A stretch of 63,948 nt of DNA, the filler included, from Sanchytrium tribonematis (taxonomy: Eukaryota), in NCBI GenBank assembly GCA_018985235.1. It is 5 parts of 5 records of this genome, joined end to end, with 100 filler letters (N's around TTAATTAATTAA, not from the genome) between each part and the next. Parts side by side here need not be neighbours in the genome. Positions count along the whole stretch, not along the records: positions 12,953 to 25,796 come from JADGIG010000209.1; positions 25,897 to 38,660 come from JADGIG010000210.1; 3 more parts are not named here. One strand, given 5' to 3'. A program made the position numbers and the translations under genes. Under the pieces are notes generated by a model. That model did not search any database, was not told where the DNA came from, and saw nothing but the letters and a program-made list of their open reading frames with translations. Positions 25,137 through 36,427 of the stretch are shown piece after piece (the first letter of the stretch is position 1; each line of letters starts with the position of its first letter).

Positions 25137-25456
25137 TTTTACTTCTGTTTGGAGGGGCTTTGAAATAAAATTATTTTTTGAAACCCGAATATTTGAATTT
25201 TCAGAGGATGCATTTTGAAATGCATTGGAATGTTTTTTAATTGATTCACTCATTATCAACTTTAAATCACTCTATTAACTCTGCTTCACACGTTATTTAG
25301 CTCAATCTGCCTTGGTCTCCTTTGTAATTACTTTGTGCACCAAAATCATAAATTTACCAAGTCATATATCAATTAATATAGCATAATTTGCACCAATAAC
25401 ACCAATTCATCTTATTTCCAGTCATATTTAGCCTCTTCTCCATCCACTTTCTCAAA

Positions 25457-25796
25457 ATGTTATGGCATCAAATTGTATTTGCAACACAAGTCAGTGTTTG
25501 TTGGAGTTGGGCATGGTATTATTACCAAGTTGGATTACTATCTGCTTATAATTACTATGACTGGATAGCAGATTGTTCTGTTTATGGATCTCAACCAGAT
25601 GAAAATTGGGTTGAATCTGAATATGAAGAATATTTAATGCAAGGTGATTCTACTAGCCAGTCTAGAAATCTCATTGCTTCAAATCAAAAACCAAATCAAA
25701 AAACAAAGCAGAAATCATCGAATGCGAATAAAAATAAAAAAGGAACAGAAATCACACATTCTAAAGTAGTCACTTGCCTGAAACAAAATCTACCAA
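25457..25796 (+). CDS. Putative secreted Trp/Tyr-rich protein, 3'-truncated
   Basis: MLWHQIVFA signal, then CWSWAWYYY...YYDWIADC; runs into the linker. Confidence 0.55.
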
Positions 25797-25896
25797 NNNN
25801 NNNNNNNNNNNNNNNNNNNNNNNNNNNNNNNNNNNNNNNNTTAATTAATTAANNNNNNNNNNNNNNNNNNNNNNNNNNNNNNNNNNNNNNNNNNNN

Positions 25897-26105
<209 letters not shown>

Positions 26106-26147
26106 TAAAATCAATTTCAAATATCAATTATTCTTTACTTTACATAT

Positions 26148-27116
26148 TTATTTGATTTCTTTTCTTTTCTTTGCATTTCTTGACTCTATATTATCAAACA
26201 ATGGTCTATATGCTTTTGTCATACCCATATCTGTCATTCCATGAATTAATTCATCTATAAATCCAACAATGATTGAATATTTATATAAATTTGCCTTAAA
26301 TATTTCTAAATCATCTAAAAATCCTCCATAATTCAAATAAATAGCATCCATTTCCACCAAATAGTGCACATCACCATATACAATGAAATAATAAAACAAT
26401 TTAAACTCTGCATCTAATATTATAGGATCCAAATGGATCCACAAAATAGTAATGTCAAGTTTCAATATTTGTAATAATGGCACTATTTTACGAATAAATT
26501 GGAAATTGTGACGACCCCTAGACCATTTCAATTCATTTTCTATCATTTCCAACTGCATATTCAATTTCAAATAGTACCAATTAATCATGAATTCATTTAA
26601 ATCTAATAAATATTGCTTTTTTGCAATTTCATTCTTATAAATAGTGTACAATGCATTATTACATGTTTGATATGCTTTATAATTCACAAATTGATCTACA
26701 TTTGAATAAATCAATTGAGTGGCACTTTGTATTTCAATTTCACAATGATTTGTTAATTTGTTAAAATTGAAATAATAATAGACATTCAAATAGTGTTGGA
26801 TGATTTCATTTAATGGTTCATAAAATAAAGCACATTTGGATTCTATTAAATGACTCTGCATTTCTTGCAAAGTGGCAATATTGAATATTTGAGTTTCATT
26901 TTTCAATACATATTTAAAGTAGAATTTCATATTAGATGGATGATTTGTGAATTCATCAGCACATTTTGTGACTAGTGATTGAGTTGAAGGTAATTCTACA
27001 TTTAATTTGATGGAAATGGCATTAAAAAGTAGGATTAAATAGTTGTTTGATTTCAAGCTGATATCCCAATAAGAAATGATTTGATTTGCAGTGAGCAAAT
27101 GGAATAGAATAAACAT
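26148..27116 (-). CDS. Orphan protein with short hydrophobic N-terminus
   Basis: 322-aa ORF starting MFILFHLLTA; basic tail KKRKEIK. Confidence 0.55.
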   Translation of the reverse strand: MFILFHLLTANQIISYWDISLKSNNYLILLFNAISIKLNVELPSTQSLVTKCADEFTNHPSNMKFYFKYVLKNETQIFNIATLQEMQSHLIESKCALFYEPLNEIIQHYLNVYYYFNFNKLTNHCEIEIQSATQLIYSNVDQFVNYKAYQTCNNALYTIYKNEIAKKQYLLDLNEFMINWYYLKLNMQLEMIENELKWSRGRHNFQFIRKIVPLLQILKLDITILWIHLDPIILDAEFKLFYYFIVYGDVHYLVEMDAIYLNYGGFLDDLEIFKANLYKYSIIVGFIDELIHGMTDMGMTKAYRPLFDNIESRNAKKRKEIK

Positions 27117-27213
27117 GGGGAAATGTCATTTGTGTGAGTTAGCAGTGCTAATGACGGGGTGATACATATTGTGCCATGATGATTTTGTTTTTATATCCCT
27201 GAAACTACAAAGA

Positions 27214-27786
27214 ATGCTTTGGCTAGTGACATTTGGCATTCCTTTGATTTCACTAACCCCTGAATTTATAAAGCATTTGAATCAACTCACACCACAACTT
27301 CAAAATGCAATTGCAAATCAATGTAGAATGAGCAAAGTACCGCAACTGGATAAAATAAACTCAAGATTGGTGGCTCAAATGAATTTTGAAAACAACTGTC
27401 AAAGTAATTATATTGGGAGAACAAATCCAAAGGTGCAAATTTACGTAGAAGATATGGATGGTCAATTTGTATGGACCATTCAATCCGATCAAGCAACGAC
27501 GAGATACGATGCTGCCACAGATTATGACATGTTAATTGACCAATTTTTAAGAGAAATGAATTGGAATTTTAATAGATGTTGCGGAGATCAAATACTTTCA
27601 TTCAATTCTGAGATTATTTTCTCATTTTATTTAAAGCAGGGTACTCAATTGCAATTTGAACATTATAAAGTATATGCAGGTAGCAAAATTGGAGAAAAGA
27701 CTGTTGAAAAGATAAAAGCAGCCATGGTTGATGGATTGGAAATCATGCAAGTCTTGAAGAGTTGTGAAGCACCTCAAATGAAATAA
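27214..27786 (+). CDS. Putative secreted orphan protein (MLW start)
   Basis: MLWLVTFGIPL; stop overlaps AATAAA. Confidence 0.55.
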   Translation: MLWLVTFGIPLISLTPEFIKHLNQLTPQLQNAIANQCRMSKVPQLDKINSRLVAQMNFENNCQSNYIGRTNPKVQIYVEDMDGQFVWTIQSDQATTRYDAATDYDMLIDQFLREMNWNFNRCCGDQILSFNSEIIFSFYLKQGTQLQFEHYKVYAGSKIGEKTVEKIKAAMVDGLEIMQVLKSCEAPQMK

Positions 27787-28019
27787 ATTCATCTTCAATC
27801 CACTCAATAGTCATTCGGGGATGGTCTGATGCTGCAAAATTAATTGTTAAACTATTTTGCAGAAATATCTGTGTCATTTAATGTGCAAGTCTGTTTAATA
27901 ACTGCACAGACTATGTGATCAATTAGATGGTCCATTTGAAATGACAAAAGACTGTCTCATTTCAAAATTTACCTCAAATGGCTATAAAAGGAGACAGGAT
28001 CCCACTTTACAATGATGTA

Positions 28020-29197
28020 AAGTCTTTGGCAGCTCAACTCCCCCCCGGGGGGAGTTGAGTTTACAGAATAAATTTTTCACTCAACTCCCCCCGGGGGAGT
28101 TGGGTCAAACATCAAATTTTAAAAAATGACAAATGGAAATCATCCACGTAAATTACAATCTTTAATGATCAAACATAAACGTAAAGCTTTATTACAATTA
28201 GTACAAGGTTCAATTAGTATTAAAAAGCTTGCAAAAGAGAACAAAGTAGATCCAAAAACAATTAGAGATTGGAGAAAAAATGCTGATAAAATATTTACTT
28301 ATCGAGGTAGAAATAGTCGTAAAATGGTATTAATTGGGCATAGTATGAAATTTGGATCCATTGAAGATATTATTATTGAACGAATCAAATTTTTAATGTT
28401 ATGCAAATCAAGTATTAGTTACGATAGAATATATAAATGGATTGAAAAACAAGATTTTGAAGCATTTAATGATGGAACATTTAAAGCGTCGAGAAATTGG
28501 TATGATGGGATGTTAAAAAGAAATAATCTCGTACCTAGAGCAGCAACACAATTAGTTAAAAAAGATGATCAATACTTGATTGAATCAGTAGCAAAGCATA
28601 TTCTGCAAGTTAAAAGCAAATTATCTATTAAAGTTCCAGCAGGAACAAAAGGTTATTGTCAACTTGCAGATGTCGGTTTGATTAAGAGTTTTGAAGCAGG
28701 AATTCGAAAATCAATTTTAGACTTCTATGATGAACAAGTTGATGAATTTCAAGCAAACCCGAACAAGCCAAAAGTCTTTCAAAAACCAGGAATTGTAAAA
28801 TTAAGAGACTGGATTGTCTGCGAATGGGCAAAAGTGACTCCTGAGATTACCGAAAGAACTTTAAAAACATGTTATTTGTCTGAAAATGTTGAGGAATTAC
28901 ATATGGCAAAATTGTTTTATATAACTTAGGTTCACAATTTATTGAATCATTTGAGCGCTTTTCAGTTTGGTCTAATGTTGTAAATGCATTATTAAATGGA
29001 ACAACATACTCAATGACTGCAGAAGAGTTTGAAATTGCACAATTTGACGAAGATGAGGAAATTTCTGATGCAAATGTTCCTCGATTTGAAGCACAAGAAA
29101 CCATTGATTTAACTGGAGAAAATGAATAAATATATGAATTAAGTAATTTTTATTGACATTTTAGAAATATGGGGGGGAGTTGAGCTGGTAAAGACTT
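28020..29197 (+). mobile_element. pogo/Tigger-type DNA transposon, internally deleted, with TIRs and TA target duplication
   Basis: Left end TA|AAGTCTTTGGCAGCTCAACTCCCCCCC; right end is the inverse GGGGGGGAGTTGAGCTGGTAAAGACTT|TA; ORF 28126-28929 has HTH, CENP-B-like FKASRNWYDGMLKRNNL and DDE_1 tail VPAGTKGYCQLADVG. Confidence 0.9.
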
Positions 29198-29199
29198 TA

Positions 29200-30039
29200 A
29201 TTCACTTTTGAGAACCGAGCACGAGTCCCAACATAGCAACTTCTTCCCCTTCTTGGAATTTAGTTTGAAAAAAGCATCTGATTTGCACGTGTTTTCATTG
29301 GCTACTAATGAAAGCCATTTTGAAATGATTTTTCAAGTGACCCAAGCTTTTTCACTCTGCATGACATAAATACCATCTGATTTGATGGCTAAAATGCAAG
29401 TGATTCTGTCCGAATCAAATCCTGTTCCTTTTACCACAATACTAGATTTTCCCGTCACATCATGTACTAGTATGACTACTTGTAAAATAAATAGCTGTCT
29501 CATCCATGCCAATCACATTTTGAAATTTCAAAGTGTCAAACTCATTCAAGAAAGTGTGCTTCAAATATCTAAAATACACAACACTTCTTCTAAATATTTC
29601 ATCATCATCTAATGTTTGTTTCGTGGAACATCTTATTAATGACAAATTGAATCTTTTTAAAAAATAATTTCAGCCATTTTGAAGTGGCTTTAAATCCAGT
29701 AATGTTCCGCGTATGAAAGAGCAAATTTCGAATAACACAAATCTTCTGATTTCGCTTCTCAATTATTTGATTGTAAATGTCATATTCACCTTCTTTTAAA
29801 ACGAGTTTTTGCCTTGTATATGAATTGGCAGTATTACGAATTTGAGTTTCTGTTTTGATCCAGTAATCAATTGTATTAAATGGTACATGTGTCAAATTGA
29901 CATTCTTACGTGCCAATGCCGTGTTTTCCCCTACAAGATGATATTCATCTAAAAATTTAATTTTGTTTTTAAGATCATAAGTGTAATAAACGCCTCTACT
30001 TGATGGATATCCAACATCGACAGGAGATGGAGTTGTCAA
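29200..30039 (-). mobile_element. Second, different pogo/Tigger-like transposase relic abutting the first element
   Basis: FKATSKWLKLFFK, VIGMDETAIYF, KGTGFDSDRITCILAIKSDG; frameshifted. Confidence 0.75.
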
Positions 30040-30790
30040 ATAACGATATTTTTATATTTGTCAATTATTGTGACAAACCCATGTAACAACCTGTATCTAA
30101 CAATGTTGTGTATCTAGCCTGTCCCTTCGAGATTATTGTTGCGTAGCTCGTATGTTACTCACTCAAGTTCTTCATCATTTATCTGAAGTACCTTGTTGTG
30201 GTACGGTGAGTTACTGCGCCAGATGGTCACTCATATGACCATCTATCTCGCCATTTTGAATATTTTATGATAAAATTGATTTATCCATTAACTCATTAAA
30301 ACGATGCCATTCATATGCGCAATTACATGAGAATAGGCGATCAACAACTACAAATTGCTTCTAGTCAGTATATGACTTGATTTGATTGCCGCGAATAAAT
30401 TCAAAAAAACCTCATCAAGTCGATCACTTTGTGCTTTTCGACGAATCACCTTTTCCCCTTTTCTATCATAGTAAAAAAAATTATTTTTGATTGGCTAGAA
30501 CACTTTTCCAGGAATTCATTGGGCCCTTTGGAAACTGCTAAATCATTGGTCAATTTTTTGAAAATATCTTTTGCTAAGAAAATATTTGTTACACGGAATT
30601 GACAAATTTTAATATTTCGAGGTCCTTTTTATGCGAGAATATTCATTAATTGTAATTCACTCTTTTATCTTGCATAATTGTGTCAGCTCTGGTTCGACTT
30701 TGATTTATGATTAGTTGAAAGTGTAAGGTACAATTCCGATTGCTCTTCATGACTAAAACCCAAAGCCAATTTAATTTTTGGTTATGACTG

Positions 30791-30862
30791 GCGTGCATTC
30801 GAAAAATTTAACTGTGTAAAACTAGCGTACATTCGAAAAATTAAAGTGTGTAAAATTAGCGT
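30791..30862 (+). repeat. 34-bp tandem duplication (about 2.1 copies)
   Basis: GCGTRCATTCGAAAAATT...TGTGTAAAAYTA units start at 30791, 30825 and 30859. Confidence 0.75.
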
Positions 30863-30921
30863 CACATGTGTCTCTAATTTTTTTACATAAAAGGCTACAC
30901 GTATTCGCAATTCAGAACACA

Positions 30922-31332
30922 ATGCATATCGGGCATAAAAGACCAACACACCATTCTATTAAACACGTTAATCCAGAAGAAAAAGAAAGTCGAATTAAAC
31001 ATCTGCTAAGAAAGGTTACTAAAAAAGATAGAAGATTTAGCAAAGTGGAGACTATCCGCAAAGTCCCGCAGCAACCATTGAAGGATGACACGGAGTTTTT
31101 TACTAATGATAGCATTTACGAGCTTAAAGCAAAAGAGCCAAAGAAAAACACAAAGGTTTCTTTTGGGGGTGAAGAAATTATAATGCCAAAATCTGAGTCT
31201 GACTTGCAATTAGTCCCGTACGTTTCTAAAAATATGCTTATATCAAATGTTAAGAATGAAAACCAGCTTAGGGAGTTTCAATGGCATTTTAAAATTATCT
31301 TATTTACTTTTCTACTTGCAATGATATTTTGA
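30922..31332 (+). CDS. Hypothetical basic protein with C-terminal hydrophobic (tail-anchor-like) segment
   Basis: ORF from MHIGHK ending FKIILFTFLLAMIF. Confidence 0.45.
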   Translation: MHIGHKRPTHHSIKHVNPEEKESRIKHLLRKVTKKDRRFSKVETIRKVPQQPLKDDTEFFTNDSIYELKAKEPKKNTKVSFGGEEIIMPKSESDLQLVPYVSKNMLISNVKNENQLREFQWHFKIILFTFLLAMIF

Positions 31333-31366
31333 TCAAATAAAATATTAATTATTATAGCTAATTCTA

Positions 31367-32149
31367 TCATTCGACAATTTCGCCAACTATTACTGTGGTA
31401 TCGTCCAATTTCCCTCCAATGTGGTATAGTCCCTCGTCACTAGCTTTTAGTTGAAAAGGGCTCTCATCGTAAGTAGGGTCTACGCTCTTATTCATGGCTT
31501 CATCTACCAACGCCTTGGCACATTTTTTATAATCCGGTTTATGCTTCATAAGGATTTCCTCAATATCCTCATCCCATAGATTGTCAAATAAACCATCTGT
31601 ACCACAAACTAGTAAATCTCCTTTTTGAACAGGAAAGTGCACAATTTGACAATCACTCGGAGTGTCCATACTGTTTGTTCCTAATTGAAAAGGGCAATTA
31701 AAAAAATGATACTGCTCATCCGATTTAAATACCAACTGTGAATTTCTATAAATTAAAAGCTGACAATCTCCTAAACTTGCTACATCCAATATGTCATTCT
31801 TAAGTTGTCCAACTAGTACGGTACATGAGCCCTTGATTTTTAATTTGTACATATCTTGTAAAGTTTGTTTATAAGCTCTATCAAGCAAATTAATAAGATT
31901 GTCGTCTTTATATATACAGCAATAATGCAATAATTTTTCACTTACAAATGCAGAGTTGCCTTTGCCTTCTCTCCAAGCTCCAACTCCATCTGCGATTCCA
32001 AATTTATTTCCGGAATGATAATATGCATCTTCACCAATAGTGATAGATTTAATGTTTTTAACTGGTATAATGTCTTCATTGACAGGCTTAGGTCTCCCAT
32101 ATCCTTGAGCAAGTAATTTTAAATGACGCCACCATTGTTTCTGCATCAA
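31367..32149 (-). CDS. PTC7: PP2C-family phosphatase PTC7
   Basis: GEDAY, FGIADGVGAW, LGDC, FNCPFQLG, TDGLFDNL, GGKLDDTTVIV. Confidence 0.93.
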   Translation of the reverse strand: MMQKQWWRHLKLLAQGYGRPKPVNEDIIPVKNIKSITIGEDAYYHSGNKFGIADGVGAWREGKGNSAFVSEKLLHYCCIYKDDNLINLLDRAYKQTLQDMYKLKIKGSCTVLVGQLKNDILDVASLGDCQLLIYRNSQLVFKSDEQYHFFNCPFQLGTNSMDTPSDCQIVHFPVQKGDLLVCGTDGLFDNLWDEDIEEILMKHKPDYKKCAKALVDEAMNKSVDPTYDESPFQLKASDEGLYHIGGKLDDTTVIVGEIVE

Positions 32150-32529
32150 AAATGGGTGTTTTCTCCTCTAGAATTGTTAAAAATTTATTAAATTCCCAAA
32201 GACAAATTTACTATTTTCTATGATGTGCACAATCGATGAGTCTAGAATGCCTAGAACTATTACAAAGATTTCCATCTCAGTTATCATTGAAAATGTTTTA
32301 CGATAGAAGACGTGCAATTTGGAGAGCACGGGAAATATGAGACCAAATTATTAAAGAATTTTATCTATCACTTCAATAAATCCAAAATCGATGTAATGAG
32401 GCGAGGTATGTGCGATAAAGTTTATATAAGCATCATTGTTACAAATAGGATTCTTAAATAACAAATTTATCTCCATTCAGAAAACAATCTATTTCTATTT
32501 TCAAACTCCATATATTTATTATCACTATC

Positions 32530-35500
32530 CTAGTGAGCTGTGTTGGGGGAATTATTACCATCAACAGGACTCTCCACCTGTTCTTGGTCAAATCCCTCGT
32601 TCAAATTCTTAACATCGCAAAGTAATTCCGGCAAAATCCATGCAAAACTCAAAAATGGACTCAATCCCTGTTCAACAGCAGCTAAACCTTCCTCATAAGC
32701 AACCTTGTACCAGGCGGAAATTTTTCTGTATGCCTCAAACTTCAATGCTCTATTGCCTTCAATTTCTTGTGGATCCTCCACTTGCAAACCATACCAAAAT
32801 CTCTCTTTGAAATCTTCTAAAAGATCAGAGAGCACATGATTTAGTCTTTCTTGCGCATCGTTCCCTTTCTCTCTATTTCGAGAAACAAGTCTTGAAAATC
32901 TTCTAACACAATGTGCTAAAACTTCACCTTCTGATTCTGCGCCAAATCGATTCGTAATTTCAAGCAATTCTTTGTTATACTCTAATAATTGATAAATAGC
33001 CTCTTCTTGATACTCATCATTATCAAGCATGAGAAGAGATTTATCAATCTTTAAATTGCAAGCATAATCCCTCAATCGAGTGTTTTTTACCAGCCTATAC
33101 ATTTTCCCCAAAACTTTTTCGCTTTTATAAGTTTGTTTTGGTTTTTTATTCATAAAATCAGGATATTTGCGAACCACCAAATCCGAGGGATACTTTGCAG
33201 GAATTCCAGTTTTACAAAAGTCTACTGAGATGGAATGAAGTTCTGCCAATTTTAAACATTCTAAAGATTTTGCTCCCAAATCATTAGAGTCTGCAAAAAC
33301 ACAATGAGCATTTGCGATTCTACCTAAATTGTCATTTTTTATGTAATTTACGAAAGAATTAATGATGTCACTGACATCTATTTTGTCTTGTTCTGGTGGC
33401 GATTCTGGTGCAGTATACTGCATAGGCGGAAAGTTAGTTTTAGGAATCAAATCAGGATCCATGATGATATTGTAAATATCGCCATCTAGGTCACCACCAG
33501 ACATTTCATTCGGATGTGGTCTTTCTCCCTTTTGAGGGAAAACCACCACATCAACCAAGTGGCTAAATTCTTTATGATTTTTAAATTTTAAAAGCCTAAT
33601 ATCGCCTGGATGTAGGCAAGGGCAACGGTAAACAGCAACTTCTGTACCATCGTTTAATATTTTGGGTTTTTTAGTCAAGCTTTCACTAAATTGAAAAAAG
33701 ACTTCCCCAGATTCGAGAAGTCCGTATTCATCCAGTATCCCAACAAGAGTGATTCCTTTAGGGACTTCTATGCGGGCACGTACTTGCAAGTCCAAAAGTC
33801 GTCTTTGTCGTACAGCTTCGATCAAATTTTGCAAGAACAGCTCTTTTCTCACATCAAATCCAGCATCCAACATTTTGTAAGCTACAGGGCAAAAATCGAG
33901 AGACAATCTTTTGGCAGCATCGTTATCCTGGAGACAAATATCTAATTCGTGAATTTGTGTTTTCAATTTTTTCACAAAAATATCATCTTTGATTCCTAAA
34001 CTGGAAAGCAAGACTATTGCTTGGCGATTGAGGTAGCATTTAAGTCCTCTCGATATGGCCAAAACTTCTACATTTCGATGGTCTTCACTTCCTTTGAATT
34101 TATGCATGCTCTCACGTAGAATCATTTTTATTCCCTTTAAACGTGAATCAACTGAGACCACCCCCTTTGCACCACCAAATCGAATTTGAAATGCAGATAT
34201 GGGGCCATTTTCACCTAATTTTTCGCAAATTTGAGTTGCAAGTTCTGAGCTTATTGTTCCACATCCATCAGAAAAGCAGTATCCCCGTGACTCGACGTCT
34301 CCCACAATTTTAAATTCATGAGGTTGGAGATCTACAGTTTGTCGGGAATTACTAAATCCTTGAGCAAGACGGGCAGCATGTTTACCAACAATTTTGATAC
34401 CACTCAAATCTCCCATGGAGGCCCTAATTTCACTTGCAGTTGGCGGATTTTGAGTACCATGCGGCTCTTCGTCATAAATCCAGCAACCCTGCTCTCGCAA
34501 TTGACTATTAGAATATGCCAGAAACACAAATTTATGACCTGCCACGGAAATACCATTGGACAACAAATCTTTCATCCTATCAAAAATTTCATCCGATCTG
34601 GCCTGTAATACTGATCCAAAATTTTCGTCAACAAATGTAACTCTTATAAAACGATCTTTATATTTTTGAAATTGACGAATTATTCGATTTGAAAGTTCTG
34701 CGTCGGGTGGTTGCGGACAAATTCTTGTAGGTGTGATGTACACCCTCTTGGTGTATTCCACGGAAAACTCAACAAATTCTTCATCCTTTTCGGACTTAAT
34801 GCGCTCCAATAACCACTTTACTCCGTTCCCCCAATTTTGTCTCTTAAAGGTAAAAATATCTGCTAATAATTCCGCAGAAACTTCTTGACAAGTAGTTGCA
34901 ATTGCTTCGGCATCTTTTTTGTTTGTTAAATATATCAAATTAGTCGACAAGAAACAATGAATCATGTACTTTTTATCAAATGTCATGTTTTTAAAACATT
35001 CCTCGTAGCCCTGTGCCCAACCGTCAGACAGCAATATCCAACTATAATCAGATGTTTTAATTTCTTTTTGAGACTTGAACGAAAAGTCATTTAATGTTTG
35101 CACAAATTTTTCATCAGCTCTCGACTCAACTTGCCAGCAAATTAGCCGATAACAGGGATATTTGCCAAACAGTTCAACTGGAGTTCTGGTCCATTCAGTT
35201 TCATATCCTGAAGCGTCCCATACGTAGTCGCTGTAAGCCCCAGCAATCTCCTTTTGTTGTGTAATGGAAGAAACCTTTTTTGATTGAATGTATAATTTTG
35301 AAAACTTCTCAACTAATTCGGCATATGAAGCACTCGATCCTGATTCTCTATAACAATCGGGTGGATACTTAACATCAAATGAAACGACTCTCATACTATT
35401 TTTGTCTCGGTGTATGGAGAAATTTATGAGATTCCGAAGTTCAAATTCCATTTTTAAACGAACATCATCAACTTTAAAATAGATAACGAATGACTTCGCT

Positions 35501-36108
35501 TTTTGAGCATCCCACTCCATTTCTAATTCCCAAAATTGTTGTGCAACTTCAAAGGTCGGTCTTTCGCTATTTATATCATTTAAAGGCAATCCAATCTGCA
35601 AAGAATTGATTTTGTGGGTATGGCACCCTAATGATTTTGCACTTTGTAAGGGTCTAGTTTTGTTTTCCTTTACAGCAAACTTTCTACCCAACAATTGCAA
35701 CAATCCTTCTGCCTGGCGATTTTGTAAATGCTCAAACACTGCTTTACTAGAAAGTAGTATTTGACCAGTTCCGTTAGACTTACCTTTATTTTGACCATAC
35801 CGTTGCCTTTTAATTTCGCATCTTAAAATTGGCATTGGACCGAAATTTCTAGATTCTAAATTCTTAGCTAAAGCTTTTGCTAAGTCTGCAGCACTGGCTC
35901 TAAAATGAAGATTATGAGCAAATATTGTGACTTGGGCCTCGTCTTGTAAGCGAGCATTGGTGATTGCTGTTGAATCTTGAATATCATTTTCAAGTTCTTC
36001 TTCTCGTGCTTTCTCTGCTTGAAAACTTCTCATGGATATTCGATAATATTCATGGTCTTCGCGAGTTTTCTTTTTGTACCTGTTCTTGTTTCGCTTCTTG
36101 CGTGCCAT
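32530..36108 (-). CDS. Cellular (RNAi) RNA-dependent RNA polymerase with N-terminal RRM-like region
   Basis: FIRVTFVDE, FLAYSNSQLRE, FSDGCG, AFQIRFGGAKG, CPCLHPGDIR, MSGGDLDGD, SVDFCKTG, YPDFM. Confidence 0.96.
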   Translation of the reverse strand: MARKKRNKNRYKKKTREDHEYYRISMRSFQAEKAREEELENDIQDSTAITNARLQDEAQVTIFAHNLHFRASAADLAKALAKNLESRNFGPMPILRCEIKRQRYGQNKGKSNGTGQILLSSKAVFEHLQNRQAEGLLQLLGRKFAVKENKTRPLQSAKSLGCHTHKINSLQIGLPLNDINSERPTFEVAQQFWELEMEWDAQKAKSFVIYFKVDDVRLKMEFELRNLINFSIHRDKNSMRVVSFDVKYPPDCYRESGSSASYAELVEKFSKLYIQSKKVSSITQQKEIAGAYSDYVWDASGYETEWTRTPVELFGKYPCYRLICWQVESRADEKFVQTLNDFSFKSQKEIKTSDYSWILLSDGWAQGYEECFKNMTFDKKYMIHCFLSTNLIYLTNKKDAEAIATTCQEVSAELLADIFTFKRQNWGNGVKWLLERIKSEKDEEFVEFSVEYTKRVYITPTRICPQPPDAELSNRIIRQFQKYKDRFIRVTFVDENFGSVLQARSDEIFDRMKDLLSNGISVAGHKFVFLAYSNSQLREQGCWIYDEEPHGTQNPPTASEIRASMGDLSGIKIVGKHAARLAQGFSNSRQTVDLQPHEFKIVGDVESRGYCFSDGCGTISSELATQICEKLGENGPISAFQIRFGGAKGVVSVDSRLKGIKMILRESMHKFKGSEDHRNVEVLAISRGLKCYLNRQAIVLLSSLGIKDDIFVKKLKTQIHELDICLQDNDAAKRLSLDFCPVAYKMLDAGFDVRKELFLQNLIEAVRQRRLLDLQVRARIEVPKGITLVGILDEYGLLESGEVFFQFSESLTKKPKILNDGTEVAVYRCPCLHPGDIRLLKFKNHKEFSHLVDVVVFPQKGERPHPNEMSGGDLDGDIYNIIMDPDLIPKTNFPPMQYTAPESPPEQDKIDVSDIINSFVNYIKNDNLGRIANAHCVFADSNDLGAKSLECLKLAELHSISVDFCKTGIPAKYPSDLVVRKYPDFMNKKPKQTYKSEKVLGKMYRLVKNTRLRDYACNLKIDKSLLMLDNDEYQEEAIYQLLEYNKELLEITNRFGAESEGEVLAHCVRRFSRLVSRNREKGNDAQERLNHVLSDLLEDFKERFWYGLQVEDPQEIEGNRALKFEAYRKISAWYKVAYEEGLAAVEQGLSPFLSFAWILPELLCDVKNLNEGFDQEQVESPVDGNNSPNTAH

Positions 36109-36427
36109 GGTTTCGCACTCACTCCTTTTTGACTAATTTACAAAAAATTTAGACAAAGCCTAAGATTTAGTTTTTGCTGGGTTTTCAGCACATCTTCAAG
36201 ACAATTTAAATTTATTTTGTGTGGCAATTTTTCGAATTGAAGACTTTGATGCTTCCTCAGTGTTTTTTTTTCAAATTAGGATTCATTTCATGCATTCCGC
36301 ATACACATTCCACCATTTTTTGCTTGACGAATTCAAAACGCATTGGACATGTTTATTTTCAGTCATTTTAAAGCATGCAAACTTTGTTGTGCTTAAATGG
36401 TATGCCCAACCATTCAAAATTCAAAAT

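Noticed and set aside
32530..36108. RdRP as an endogenous viral gene
   Set aside because: The DLDGD motif and domain layout are those of cellular RNAi RdRPs, not viral GDD polymerases
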